NCBI GenBank assembly: GCA_022813965.1
Contig: JALDZS010000050.1
Coordinates: forward strand, 62,001-126,000
DNA from: Toensbergia leucococca
Taxonomy: Eukaryota
DNA: 64,000 nt
Direction of reading: 5' to 3'
The translations under genes and the position numbers were made by a program. Positions 39,522 to 52,724 of this stretch are shown here, one piece after another. Under the pieces are notes generated by a model. That model was not told the DNA's origin. It saw nothing but the letters and a program-made list of their open reading frames with translations, and ran no database searches. Each line of letters starts with the position of its first letter. Positions within the stretch are counted from its first letter, which is position 1.

Positions 39522-40611
39522 AGAAGTGCTGGTAAGATGGGGCGATTAAATCCAACGATGAAAGCAGACAACAATCATGGAAGGGTTTGACCGTCGGTGG
39601 ATGATACGAAAGAAATCAGGACATGGTTGTGATGCAATCAGATTGGTCAGCAACGCAGCCAATCATGTCCAGACTGACGAAAGTCCCACACAGCATCGTG
39701 CAAAAGTCCCGAAGGATTTGACAAAAGTGCCGTGTCGGTGCAGAGGACTACTGCATCAAGCATCAAATGGGACGGCAGCGGGGAGACGGCATGGTCAAGT
39801 GGGAGACGCGGATACCTGGATGCTTAGGGACTGCTACTGTAAAAACTGTTGCTTCGATGTTCTGCTAGATCGCTGCTCGCTCTGGGCGGATTGCCTTGTT
39901 CCAAAGTCCAACCCATTCTCTCGGTTTAGGTAGGTAGGCGTGTCGCTTATTGGCACAAGAGCGGATGAACTAAAAGATTTCAATGAGGAGCGAGAACGCG
40001 TGCTTATTGATGCATCTAGACTCATCATCTCTCTAGGGATTAGACCCAACACCTAACTTTTATCAGTCCCCCATCCCCCACCGTGTCGTCTTGATAGGGT
40101 TTCCCTAGCAAGTGCGGCTAGATTGACCTTGCAAAAGCCTTCTACTTGATGCTCACACATCGCATATGAAAGACATCCACGACTTACCAGTCACCATGCC
40201 TGTCTAGTACAGGAAACATCTATCACACCCTTTCAGATGTAGGACGCAACAGGATGTCAGGAGAAGCGTCATGTAGACGATGTTTGGTGAACCGTCTTCC
40301 AGACCAACAATGCAAAAGTCCCACGCCTTAGTCCCATGTCCCACATCCGTCAGCACATACCTTGCCTCACTACTCCTCCTGGTCCCTTCTGATTCTGACC
40401 TTTATAAACCTTCGATGCTGTTCCTAGTCGTCAAATTCCAAGCTTTCTTAGAGGTCATCAAGTTCTGGCATCATCGTCCACACCGTCACCCTCGCCTTAC
40501 CTTCATACTCTACAGGTATTACCCATCCAGGAACCCGAGATCTAGCTGCTACCAACGCCGCTATTCGACATCTGTGTCTGAACATACGGTCGGCGTTTTT
40601 TGAGAAACGAA

Positions 40612-40969
40612 ATGCCAAGAGACCACCAATCCCGTGGCCACCAATCTTCCGAACAAACGAAGTCTAAGAAAAAGGTAGACAGCCTACTATACCTTAGTGC
40701 TTGGAGAAGAAGCGACTGACAAGGAGCACGCTTCTTAGGCAGAGACAAGCGAGGGTAAATCAAAGTATAGTATTCTGGAGAGGACGTGGCCAGCAGAGCC
40801 TATTCCCAACCATGGTCAGAGCGGCTCGCATGCCGAAGGGGCAACAAAGCATGCTACTGCCGACAAAACCACGTCCACGAACATGTACAGCGCTATGCAG
40901 AGATGGGGGGAAGAGAGTATGAAACAACAGCCGTGGAATGGCATTGGGTATTTTGCGGTCAAGTCTTAG
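40612..40969 (+). CDS. Candidate small hydrophilic orphan protein (~97 aa), 2 exons (40612-40674, 40739-40969)
   Basis: A GTAGAC...CTGAC...CTTAG intron joins MPRDHQSRGHQSSEQTKSKKK|AETSEG...QPWNGIGYFAVKS* in frame. No recognisable homology. Confidence 0.4.
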
Positions 40970-42092
40970 CCATGAGCTTGACCCCGATCCTTGGGACCGA
41001 TGATATGATATGATATGTAAACGAGAAAACGAAATAGTACAGAGTATACTTTACAATCGGAAGACAGATCATGGTCATTGATACCAGACCTACAGAAGGG
41101 GTAGAGAGCTTTTGGAATGACTTGAAATGGAAATTTTTGAAGGAGCAGATTCTCGACTGCCAGTCTCTACCTATGCAATTTCTTTCATCGGTGCCTTGAT
41201 ATAGCTAAGTCCTTTTGTTCGAAGCGGCTAAATAGAAAGCTTTCGACCCTTATCTCTTGACCGTCTGAGATGTTCTATGATTGATAGAGCCGGCCTGTGA
41301 TTTGCTATGACAAGTATTGATTCCCGAGGGACGAATAGATGATGCAGGATCTCTGATCAAGGTGTCGAGCTTGCTGGATTTTGAAATGAAGGACTCACCA
41401 GTTGAGAAGTCGCAAGAAGAGTGGGTCCCGCTTGAGCACTGCATAGTCGACGTGATGAGGAGGTAAATGATACGTGTGGGAGGAGTATCGAAGCAGACGT
41501 CGTCTCGTGGATTAGACACGTCTCTCACGTGGACTCGCGTGACTCGGTAAATGCTGCCATTGACATTGAAATTTAATTCAAATTGTAGAATACTCGTAAC
41601 TCCGTACTCCGGCTGAAACAATGGAAGTTTCCTGTCCTTTAGAACATTCGATCCCTTGTATCCCTGTCTTGGCTCTTGGGGTTAATACGGATTTGATAGT
41701 TCTACTGGCTCGCCTCTTACGACGCAATATCAAACGCTGAAGATCAATGCTCAACCCATAAATCTGAAAGAAGAGCTTGGATCTCGGAATCAAGTCTTCC
41801 CCATTGTCTCTTTCCTAAAATTGGCTCCTATCAATCTCATCATCCATCCATCCATCTCCGATTCATCTGTCCGCTTGCCCGGACAATGTCTCACAGCTAT
41901 CTATGCGCATCGCTGCAACCTTGGTCTGCATTCCTACATGGCGATTGGGAGCAGTCATATAACCGCTCTTACTCTGTTTTCCAACCCTACAACCATGACC
42001 ACCTGAGCCATTATCCTGCTGGTCTATGTCTCCCCCAAATCCATCGATAAAGCCCCGAGAGACATACTCCCGGGTTAATTACTCTCACGAAA

Positions 42093-43107
42093 ATGCGAGG
42101 ACTTGGATATCACCTCTCACCATACTTCATCACTTCGGCCTCGATTCGTCTCCGTGTCCTCTTCTTGACACTTCCCTTTCTCTGCTTCGCCCTACCAGCA
42201 GCAGACAATAACACTATCACAGCAAGAGACCCTCGATTAAATCTCGTCTTTTCATGCCATCCCTGGTTCGGTCAACCGGACGCCGACGACTGTAATGCCG
42301 CCGAGTTAAAGCTACATACTATGGCAGGCAGCGATATCACAACCAATCCCAGAATATTGGACCGTTTCTATCAATTCGTGGCCATCGGCCAGAGACCAAT
42401 TTATCCAGAAGGGCGAAGTTACCACACCCCGCTCTTCTTTAGATCTGGTCAACACAAGTTCTTTCTGTGTCATTATACCGTGTTTCCACGGCTAACTCCC
42501 GGCATTAACTGCCTAGGTGGTTGCAATATAGCCCTATTTATGAATGAGGATACCCGTCGTGATAGGGACACAGCTACGCTGAGAGAGATCTTACAAGCCG
42601 CGAAGGACTTGAATAGCATCTGCGTTGCAGGGCCTGGCAGGATAGGAGGCATGGTAAAGTATCTAGGTGAGACATGCAATCGCTGGGGAAAAGTCCATCT
42701 CAAAGGCATACTGCTATAATCTCACTGATCATCAACTAGGTACGAACAAAGCGATGAATCTCTACATGTATGCAAGCAGTTCAACATTTGCCGGCTTGAT
42801 TGCGTTAAAATTGAGTTGCCCAAATTGCGGTCAGCAAGACTGCAATGCCTCGGTCGATCATTATCAAGACTGCTCCAACAATGATCAAGTGATTAAGAAT
42901 ATTGAGCCTTCGGCAGATCCGGAATATCTGTCGAGTCTGGCTATACAGAATGCTGCTCTAGTGAGCGAAACTGAGCCTGGGGTTTGTGGCGGGCCTTGCA
43001 AATCACAAGCGGACTGTTCATGCAGCGACTACCTGTGCATGGAGGATATGTCTATGCAGATGACGACGTCCTGTGTATTTGCCGTTCTTTCGTCTCATGA
43101 TACATAG
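42093..43107 (+). CDS. Secreted cysteine-rich protein (effector-like), multi-exon
   Basis: Hydrophobic leader (LFLTLPFLCFALPA), a C..P..DC..A / SG.C.I / DTAT..EI..AA..L...CV...GG pattern, and a C-terminal CGGPCKSQADCSCSDYLC. Confidence 0.65.
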
Positions 43108-43684
43108 ATGAGAGCTTGGCTATGGCATAATCCATTCCTTTGTAGGTACCAAGCTACGTGAACTGGTTATTTGTTTCTGACTTCTGTGAGCAAATAAGAC
43201 TGGAGACATGTTGATATTAGATCTACAATCAAGGAACTATTCAGTTGGTCGAGTCAATTAGTGGGAGAGTAGGTGATGTGTATGATATATTCGAGCCATG
43301 TCTAGGATGATTGTCTTCCCTTGGCTGCTCTTCAAGCAACCTGTTGTATTAAGGTACTCGTAGTCCATTGAGACTCATGCTATAATTGATTGCAAGCGTC
43401 GAACGGCCGAGATCGAATGCATGATGGAAGGTATTCCATGACCACGTGAGCCATGTTACAATCGCACCTTGGTGCGTGGTACATATTCAATTGAATCGGA
43501 GTCAAATCCAAGTCTTTCACTCTATTGCCCATCCAAATCTATGCTTCGCAGCCTCATATTCTACCCGCCGATCGTGGCTTTCAAGTCGGATGATTGATTG
43601 GCCATCACGCCGCAATCCTTCATCCTTATCGTGCATGACTGAAATACAATCAAACATATGCCAATTATCCATCATGGACACGCC

Positions 43685-45917
43685 ATGTCCGTCTTCACCC
43701 AGCAGTCGACTGCTTTTCGAGACCTCAGAGTGACCTCAACACTTGCTCAGCCGCTTCCCAGGCTCACCGAGCCATTCAAGCATGGAGAGCAGGATGAGAA
43801 ATACGAGGTCTTTGTATCAGGGGTTCGTTGCGTTGATGCCATCTTCGAGACCAATCTAATGTGATCATCTCTCCATAGGCCGGGCCCGCGGGTATGTTCC
43901 TTACCCTCCTTCTCGCAAGATACGGCTTGAAAGATGAATCTCTGCTTTGCATTGATTCGAAACCAGCCACTCTCAAAACTGGTCAGGCAGATGGCTTGAG
44001 TGCGCGAACTCTGGAAGTCCTCAAAACCTTGGATCTCGCAGATGAGATTATGAATCATGGCTTTCATGTATGCGAGAGTACATATTGGAGTCACGACCAA
44101 TCAACCGAGTCCAATACTCACGCTGAAGGGATCAAACGTACACGACTCGTCCCGATGGTGCTTTCTCCATCGCGTTCACCACAATTGGTCACTATACACC
44201 AAGGTCGTATTGAACGCATACTCGAAGAAGATTTGCTGAAATACTCAAAACGTGGCATCGAGCGTTCTAGTCGTCTGGTAGACGTCAAGATCGACGATGA
44301 TGGCGATCTCGATTTTCCAGTCGTAGCGGAAATTGAGCATGAAGGTACTCGACGGAAAATTCGTACAAAACATCTCATTGGGGCCGATGGTGCTCACTCC
44401 GTTGTACGGCGTTCAATGGGTGTAGAAATGTCAGGAGACACGACAGATCATATTTGGGGGGTTGTGGATTTCATAGTGGATACTGATTTTCCTGATATTA
44501 GAAGGCATTGTTGGATCTTTTCCGCTGCAGGCAACCTCATGGTCATACCTCGAGAACGTACAGCTACAGGAGAGTATCTCACAAGGCTTTATATTGACAT
44601 ATCAGAAGCCATATCAAAAGATGTCGATCAAACAAAAACATCAGAGTTGACCGATCAAATTGCACAGAGTGTTGGAAAAGAAATCAAAGAACGGAGGTCA
44701 ACCATGACTTTGGAAAACATCCTCCAACAAGCAGCAGAAGTCTTCAAACCGTATTGCATTCGCCCCAAGCAAGGAACGGAAGTCGAATGGTGGGCTGCTT
44801 ATCAAATCGGTCAAAGAGTAGCGGGACAGTTTATTCAAAAGGATTCAAAGGGCATCCCCAGAGTATTCATTGCAGGAGACGGTACCTCAACTTCTCAAGA
44901 TAACGAGAGAGGACAATTCTCAGCTAACCTTCTCTAGCATGCCATACTCACTCCCCAAAACAAGGTCAAGGTATGAACGTCTCAATGATGGACTCGTACG
45001 ATCTCTCTTGGAAACTCATTCATTCCCTCAACGGTCTTGCCGCTTCCCCTTCAGATCTCCTTGAAACCTACCATACGGACCGCTACCGTAATGCCTTACG
45101 CCTCATTGGCTTCGACAAGAGACTTTATGCTGAGGTATGGGCCCGCAAAGGTGGTCCCGATTTGGATAGTAATTATCCTCTCCCAACACAAGAGCAGGTC
45201 ATGTCTGAGAGAGCCGGCTTCCTCAGTGGCTGCGGTATTGAATATGATGAAGGCCTCCTCGTTGATAGTAAAAGTGATTCTGACTCCAGCCCTATAACCG
45301 GCACGAATTACCTTTCTGGTGTTATACGACCAGGACGTCGACTTCTTTCCGTCCTAATCTCTCGCTTTGCAGATGGATGTCCTCGACATCTTCAAGATGA
45401 TCTCCTTTCCAACGGTCGTTTCCGCCTCCTTGCCCTTGCGAGTACTGATCTTCTAGATCCAAGCGGCCGTTCCGCTTCTGCACTAAGCTCAATCTGCACC
45501 AGAATAATCCCGCAATTCCCGTCCGGAGTTGCTGAGCTCATAGTCTTGCACCCTCTCCCTGCGCATTCCTTTGAGTGGACCGCCATCCCAGCTTGCGTGA
45601 AGCAAATGGCTGAGATGCGATTCTACAATGCAGATGCAAGTGTGTATGCTACCTATGGTGCTGATATTACGCTTGGAGCATCCGTCGTAGTCAGGCCAGA
45701 TGGATATGTTGGGTGTGTTGCCGAGTTGGGAGATGTCAAAAAATTAGACGCTTACCTTCGGCGATGTTTAAGGGTTGTAAAGGAGAGCGAAATGTGGGAG
45801 GATGACCCCACGGAGGATCAAGAGTTTGATGAACCCACAGGTTCAATATCAGCAGAGGAATCGTCGGAATCTTCGGGTTCAGACTCAGAGGATAGCCTGG
45901 GCCCAGGCCCTGGGTAA
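43685..45917 (+). CDS. Phenol 2-monooxygenase-like flavoprotein hydroxylase, 3 exons
   Basis: G|AGPAG, GQADGL..RTLE, IHQGRIE, IGADGAHS.VR, YQIGQRVA, FIAGD|ACHTHSPKQGQGMNVSMMDSYDLSWKL, VVRPDGYVG. Confidence 0.92.
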
Positions 45918-47009
45918 GATGTGTAAGGTGTTCTGTTGTAACTCGGTGTTTTTTTTTGTCTTAGATTTTTAGTTGTAGGATGGTTGGCTGGGCCGTCGCT
46001 CACCCATAAGAATGAGCTGCGTGGCATTCAGTTGACCGATAATAGGTGGGTAGGAGTGGCCTGAAGGGGTTCGACTCCTCTGCATTTGGGCGGCCGTCGG
46101 GGCCAGCGCACCTCCTCCCCCGGTGTATCTAGATGATGTAATGTTAGCTAGATGGATCGAAAAATAAAAACAAACGTACGCCTGTAAAGGAGAGCGAAAT
46201 GTAATTGCAGCAGAGGTGAGCAGGGGCTTGAAGCTCGATTGTTGGATATGTGCTACATGACTTGAAATCTACACACTATTTGAGTCTATCCACTCAAATT
46301 TGTTGTTCAAATCTATCTCCAACATACATAAAGCCTTGTTTTCCAACTAATCTAGCCAGTCCCATCATTACATTCTCGTTGCTCCCATTGCACTTCATTC
46401 ACCAGTCTCTTGTATTAATCGCCCCCTCCCCTCCTCCACCAATAATCTATCTCTTCCCCTAAAAGCTAAATACCATTGCCAGCGTTCCGGCCGCATTTCC
46501 CGCTCACTTGTAGACTACTGTGGTGATGGTAGCAAGTGCGCTATCTCTTTTATTTGTTGTCTGTTTTCATCTTCTCCTCTCGAAATGGCGTTCGTGCTGA
46601 AGGTAAATCGGGTTCCTTACAGCCACATTTCCTATTTTCTTTTCTTCTATTGTTTCTTTTCTTCCTCGGTGAATATAATGAGCCAAGGCGAATGGCAGCA
46701 TTGATTCAATGGTATCCACGACTGCTACCATAAGAAACAGAATATTGATTCGGTGTCCTGTGAAGACAGATACCACTGTGGATGGAGCGTTTAAGGGGTA
46801 TGGTGGCGAGGGCGAGGGTGGCTAGGATGAAGGTGAAGAGCGTGTGTTGACGCTGGGGTTTGCTCAGGCTGGAGGGAGCAGGGTAAAGACGAGGAGATGT
46901 GGTCGGTGATGCGTCAATGGGAAGTTGTCCATATGGATGAATGCTCGTTCGTTGCTGAGAAGCAGCGCTTCAATTCCTCGACTCAGTGACAAGGCAAATC
47001 CCCACCTCC

Positions 47010-48236
47010 TCACTCTCTACCCTCAACACACCAAACCCTCACAACCCCGTCATCCCCCGTACTAACGACCACCACCTCCTCTTCGCTCCTCCCTTTATCC
47101 GCCCTCTTGGCCCAACAAACATGATTCACCTGCACAACCCCATGGGCAGCGTCCACCTCCGCAATCACAACCCACTCTGCCCCACTCCCTCCCCAATGCT
47201 CCTCGTAGACCACAATTCTACCATCACCACCCGTGCTCACTATTCTACCTGTGCTTTTGCTCCAAGCAACCGAGTAAATAGGTAATTGGTGTCGTTTTGG
47301 TAGTTGGGATTCCTCAGTCCAGTCCTCTTCGATGCTGCCGCTGCGAATGATGCTGAGTTTGGACTGCGGGGGACCTTTCTCCTTTGGCAGGCGCCTCCAC
47401 ACGCGCAACGTCTGGTCGTCGGAGCAGCTCACCAGCCTCGGTCCCGCTATTTCTCTGACCTTGACCCAAGTCTCCTTCTCCCCCTCTCCCCCATCTTTCA
47501 CCACTCTCGGAAATCGATCCTTTACACCCTCCCAGTCAACCGCCCAAACGGTACTCCCATGACCCCTTAACACGCCGACACAAGCCCAGTCATCCACATC
47601 TTCCCTCCACAACCTGATATCGTCATCGTAGCTGGCACTAGCCAGCAACTCTTCCTCGGGATGCCAAGCCACACACTTGACATCACCCTCATGCTCTTGT
47701 AGCACAGCGACAGTCTCGAAATCATCATCCCCCACCTCCTCCCAGATCCAAACACTCTTATCCCGTGAACACGTCGCCAAGAAGTTCCCACCAGCCGACC
47801 ACGCCACTGATTTAACCTCCGACTCATGCCCATCCAGAACGATAGCGAAGCGCCACTCCTCTGGATCCTCCTCTTCCGCATTTTCTCCGCTGATACCACC
47901 ATTTGTGAAATCCAGCTCCGGGTTGATATTCATGTCGTTGTCCCATCGCCGCCATATTCCGACGCTGGCATCAAAGCTACCGGTTGCGAGCACGCTTTCG
48001 CCCTTGAGGCCTGGTTTCCACGCACATGATCGGACGCTGCGTTTGTGGCCGCCGGTGATGGTGGAGAGGAGGGTGAAGGACGTGAGGGAGTAGATGCGGA
48101 CGGATTTGTCGGAGGAGCAGGTTGCGAGGAGGGGGAGAGTGGGGTGGGCGGCGGTGAGCCAGGCGCGGGAGAGGGAGGAAGGGGTCAGTGGGGAGAGGAG
48201 GGAGAGTGTGTGGGAAGGCGTTGTGGAGTCCTCCAT
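47010..48236 (-). CDS. CIA1: WD40 protein of the cytosolic Fe-S assembly pathway
   Basis: GGHKRSVRSCAWKP, LDGHESEVKSVAWS..GNFLATCSRDKSVWIWE, VLQEHEGDVKCVAWHP, AAHG...VNHVCW. Confidence 0.95.
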   Translation of the reverse strand: MEDSTTPSHTLSLLSPLTPSSLSRAWLTAAHPTLPLLATCSSDKSVRIYSLTSFTLLSTITGGHKRSVRSCAWKPGLKGESVLATGSFDASVGIWRRWDNDMNINPELDFTNGGISGENAEEEDPEEWRFAIVLDGHESEVKSVAWSAGGNFLATCSRDKSVWIWEEVGDDDFETVAVLQEHEGDVKCVAWHPEEELLASASYDDDIRLWREDVDDWACVGVLRGHGSTVWAVDWEGVKDRFPRVVKDGGEGEKETWVKVREIAGPRLVSCSDDQTLRVWRRLPKEKGPPQSKLSIIRSGSIEEDWTEESQLPKRHQLPIYSVAWSKSTGRIVSTGGDGRIVVYEEHWGGSGAEWVVIAEVDAAHGVVQVNHVCWAKRADKGRSEEEVVVVSTGDDGVVRVWCVEGRE

Positions 48237-48811
48237 AGGAATTTGTTAAGATGGTTGGATTGCTGATGTTGAGACTGGTCGGTTATTCACGGATCACGGA
48301 CACGAGCCAATATTTACATCAAGCCCACCACAAGCTAAGTCAACGCGTCTCCAAAAATTCCAAGTTAGATGGGCTTGAGGTATTTCGACAGCAGGCACGT
48401 CGCAGTGGCGCTAAAGCACGCATGCAGTGCTCAGACGTGTTGATCCTGCGCGATTCTCAAGCATATTCCAAAGATGAAATCCCTGAACCGTCAGCTGAAC
48501 ACAGCATCGCCTCTTTTTACATTGTGCCTTGTGATTCATCTGGCAGATGAGGTGGCCCTATTGACGTTCCTCTCTACTGATCTCCAAGTCTGACTCTCCC
48601 CTCATGATTCGGCTACATCACTAGAAGCCTTGCTTTATCACTCGCCTTCTTCCCGGTTCCTGCAACGGTTGACAGAACCACAATTTGCCGGCGTTCTGCA
48701 AGGGTACTCAAAGTGTATCAACGGTGACATTCGACCAAACGCATTGGGGACGGCCGGCACAAGGATTTCGCAATGCCTTGAAGCTCTGAAAATCACGACA
48801 GGCACGAAAAC

Positions 48812-50444
48812 ATGGGAGGTGTAGAGGCGAAAAAACGAAGATATGTAGCCCTTGCCGCCATGTCTGGGCTGCAATGGGGAATATATTTTGGTAATACCGT
48901 GCTCCCAAAACTCAGGGATTTCGCATTATGCTGATAAGTCTTCTTTGACAGTTTATGATCTCCCGGCTTCCCTTTCCACACATCTCCAAGCACACCTCCA
49001 TCTCAGTGATACTCAATATGCCTATACTATTTCGGTTTTATATACTGTGTACTCGCTTCCAAATATCGTTCTACCATTCGTTGGGGGGTTCGCAGCAGAG
49101 AAATACGGTACGGCGAGAACCCTCGTGTGGACGGTGGGGTCCATACTGTGTGGACATGTCATCTTTGTCCTAGGAGTGCAGACTAGATCGGTGGTACTAC
49201 TAGTGATCGGACGAATCGGCCTAGGCCTGGGTGGTGAGATAGCAGCAGTTGCTACGGGTGGAGTCATCAGCGCTTGGTTTCAGTGAGTTGACCCTGATTG
49301 AATAACCAGAGTCTTCCTCGGTCTTGCTTATGAAACTTAAGAAACACGGAACTATCGCTCTCACTGGCGATTCTTTTATGTATTTCCCGGCTAGGCGGCG
49401 TTGCAAATCTACTCATCATACCACGAGTGACACAAAGTTTCGGTGTCGTTGCCGCATCCTGGCTCTCTGTTCTAACTCTAGTACCGTGTATATGTGGTAT
49501 GTCTACAATTTTGTTGGTCGGTACAACTCCGATCAAAGCCATGACGAGGTTGAAGTCACCAGCTAGTCGCACATTAAAAAAGCAGTTGCAACATTGTATC
49601 ATCAGCTTGCAAAGTCTTCCAGGCACCTTCTGGATAATTGCTGTCAATAGCATGGCCATTTATGGATGTGTAATCCCATTCAAGAATTCTGCGTTGAGGT
49701 TTCTAGCTACAGCATATTATGAGGGGGACCTGGCACTTGCAGGATCCGCTGTAGGGTACGTTTTCTCCTAGAGTGTCGGATAATCACTGCTAACACTGGA
49801 GAAGCCTTTCAAATGTACTGGCTGGGATTCTCGTTTTACCATTTGGCTTTCTTCTTGAATTTCAGCGATTCAAGAGCTATTCGATGTCCATCTTCTGCGC
49901 CAGTGCTATGATCTGTTTTGTTCACCTCTTCTTCTTGTTTATCGTTGGTGGACCGATATTACCGCTATGTGTACAAGCAACAGCATACGCACTTTATGGA
50001 GCAGCGATATGGCCAAGTATCGCCAAAATCACCTTGGGAGTGTCCGTTCCTGCTTCTCGTATACAATCTACGTTGATTGAGCAGAGCGTTTCGCTTGCTA
50101 CTGCGAGAACTTTGGATGGATCCGGATATTTCCAATTGGCTTCGGCCGATGACAACTCCGACGAGGGCAATGAACTTCTAGCTATGGAACTGGACAATAT
50201 TAAATCATCCGAAGCAGCCAGCGTTGCCAGTGAGTTTGGAGCTGAAGAGGATGCCAATCCAGATCTTGTCGTGATCGGATACGGTATCGCGACCAGCTTG
50301 ATGAATCTGAGTCTCACTGTCGTTCCTATCCTACTGGCTGGTGTAGAGACATGGGCAGGTTATTTTGGCATCGAGGCGGTATTTGTTGGACTTGCTGGGA
50401 TTGGAGCGATTGCATCTATGAGGCTGATAGGGGCACGAATCTGA
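48812..50444 (+). CDS. MFS transporter (MFSD1-like), multi-exon
   Basis: GIYF|VYDLPASL, LYTVYSLPNIVLPFVGG, IGRIGLGLGGE, AAIWPSI; many transmembrane segments. Confidence 0.85.
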
Positions 50445-51471
50445 GGAAATACACACGGCTTTGCCACTTTAGAGTTGGACCCTTGGACAAGGAATATACT
50501 TTTACGTTCACTCTCAATATCAATAGAAATTGGAGCCCACCAAGCTGGCCAATGTTTTTTCCACGCGGGCAATTGCCAGATCTAGGATCTCATCCGACGC
50601 ACGTCTAATAGGTCAAAGTGTCATTGAAAGACACTATTATTTTCTGAACAGAGCGCGCAAAGCGATGTGTGGGCACTATATCTTGACTCAATCTCTTAGG
50701 TCCCTCAAGATGTGTTACTCCTGAGAGCGTTCTATTCACAGAACATGAACTGTTTCGATTTGCCTTATTCTACTCTCCCAGCTCTACCTCAGTTGGCACA
50801 CAATAAAGAATATCAAGACGCTGACACCACATTTTCACCCCCGCATCTGAACCTGATTCTTCACCTCACCTCATCATCCTCTCATGCCTAGGCGCACTAT
50901 CCTCACATTGATTTCACTCTCAACATATCCTCTTCCTTGGATCATCTTCCACTCTCCTCACTAGGGTGAAGTGTGAAGGGATGTCACGCTTCAGGCAAAT
51001 GATGGACCTGATTTAGGATGTTGAGTTGTATTATTCCAAGTGAAGGATGGGTTTTTATGTATGAGATCGCTTCTAAATAGAGATCAATAGAATAGAGGTG
51101 AAGAATTAAGTTTGACGTCTCCGCTCGCTATTAAGAAGCATTACTCATTATTTCTCTCAAGACAGAAATAAACCACAGTTTGTGTCCCTTCACACATACG
51201 GGTTTGAAGATGAAGAATGATGATTTATATGTCAATTGACTCAGTCCATGGACTTCAACTCCTATCTCTCCTACTCCCAAAGACCAACCGAACTCTTTAA
51301 ACCCGTCCCCCCCAAAGCACCCTTCTTCAGCCTAACCCTCATCCAGCCCACCCTCACCCGCTCTCACAGCCACAGCACCACCAACAACCTTTCGAGGGCG
51401 AAAAAAAAACGATGAGTTCACAAGCAAGAAAAAAATGGACGCATACACCAACCCAACCCACTCCACCCTCT

Positions 51472-52008
51472 TCAACTCTCATCTCTCCTCCCACCCTTGA
51501 TCCCATACCGCCACGCCATATACCCCACCACACCAGCCACACTCCCCATCCCCGCACCCCCAAGCACCCTCCGCCACCATCCCCCCAACCCCTCTCCCCC
51601 GCTCCCTCTCCCCCTTACCCCAACCCCCACAACCCCCATCACCGTCCCCACCACCCCCCAATCATCCACCTCCACCTGGCCCCGATTCTCAAGGAGGCGC
51701 CAGCTCCGATCCCGCCACTCAATCTCCTCCCGGCCATACATGCGCGCTCCCAGCCCCACCGCCAGCGCCGCCGTGCCGAGCGCGGCGCCGAGGCCTGTGG
51801 CTCGCTGCAGCTGCGGCCAGAATGCACCGACTGGAGAAGGGGGATGGCGGCGGAGGAGGAGGTGGAGGAGGGGCTGGGTTGTTGTGGCGAAGAGGAGGCC
51901 GAGGGTGCTGCCGGTTTGGAAACCGCGGTAGAGGACGTGCGTGGTGAGGATTGTGCGGCTGAGGGGTTGGTCTTCGGCGTAGGGAGGGTGGGGGAAGAGG
52001 CGGGACAT
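51472..52008 (-). CDS. Conserved-type fungal hypothetical small membrane protein
   Basis: Single 178-aa ORF MSRLFPHPPYAEDQP...RMYGREEIEWRDRSWRLLENRGQVEVDDW with Gly-rich helices. Confidence 0.75.
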   Translation of the reverse strand: MSRLFPHPPYAEDQPLSRTILTTHVLYRGFQTGSTLGLLFATTTQPLLHLLLRRHPPSPVGAFWPQLQRATGLGAALGTAALAVGLGARMYGREEIEWRDRSWRLLENRGQVEVDDWGVVGTVMGVVGVGVRGRGSGGEGLGGWWRRVLGGAGMGSVAGVVGYMAWRYGIKGGRRDES

Positions 52009-52724
52009 TTCTTTTTTTTTTTTTCTTTTTTCTCTTTTTTTTGGGGGGGGGGGGTGTGGGGCTTTTGCGGTTTTTGGTTTTGGTTCGATGTTTTGGGTGG
52101 GAGGATTGGATGGGGTTATTTGTGCGATGCTGATACCGCGTGTTGGATGTGATTGATTGTGGTATTTAATGTTTCTAGCTTCAGATTTATATCTGGCGTA
52201 ATTTTGCCAATGTGTGTTCGATGGAGTTTTCGTTTAATCAAAAACGCGGGCGGTTGACGGGGAAATTTTAGACGGACAAGAGGAAAGGCTGAGACTGTCT
52301 CCCTCTTTTTCCAAAAAAAAAATTTAAAATTTTTTTTTTTGAAAATGGGACTGCATTTGAGCGCAAGCGATGAGGTCAAGACTTTTGGTGAGAGAGAGAA
52401 CCGGAGGCAATTTTTCAAGATTGCAGGTTGGCAGAGCATGTTTGAGACTTTTACCTAGCTAGGTTTTAGGAGAGAAAGGTTCAGGAGAGGGAGCCGGATG
52501 TGATGTCCGCGGGGGCGGGGCATAAAAAAAGGCGGGAGATTTCAGTGGAACCGGTGGACTCATATTGGGGCGCAGATAGCGCGAGACTTTTCACCGGCCT
52601 TGTTTAGAAATATTGAAAGTCGGCGAAGATGAAGAGCCTAGCGCGACGCCTAAATAGCTACCTGATGCTTCTCATGCTAGCTAGAGTAAACTTTAGCTTT
52701 AGGCTCGCCGCTAACAAAATCCCT

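Noticed and set aside
46007..46090. tRNA gene (T-arm AGGGG-TTCGACT-CCTCT at 46065-46081)
   Set aside because: The acceptor and anticodon stems do not pair properly. At most a decayed tRNA-like relic; tRNAscan-SE would decide.
46460..46935. Small secreted protein on the minus strand (TLFTFILATLALAT)
   Set aside because: No in-frame ATG or coherent exon structure; at most a relic.
51412..52152. 246-aa Pro/His-rich plus-strand ORF
   Set aside because: Antisense shadow of the G-rich 51472-52008 gene.
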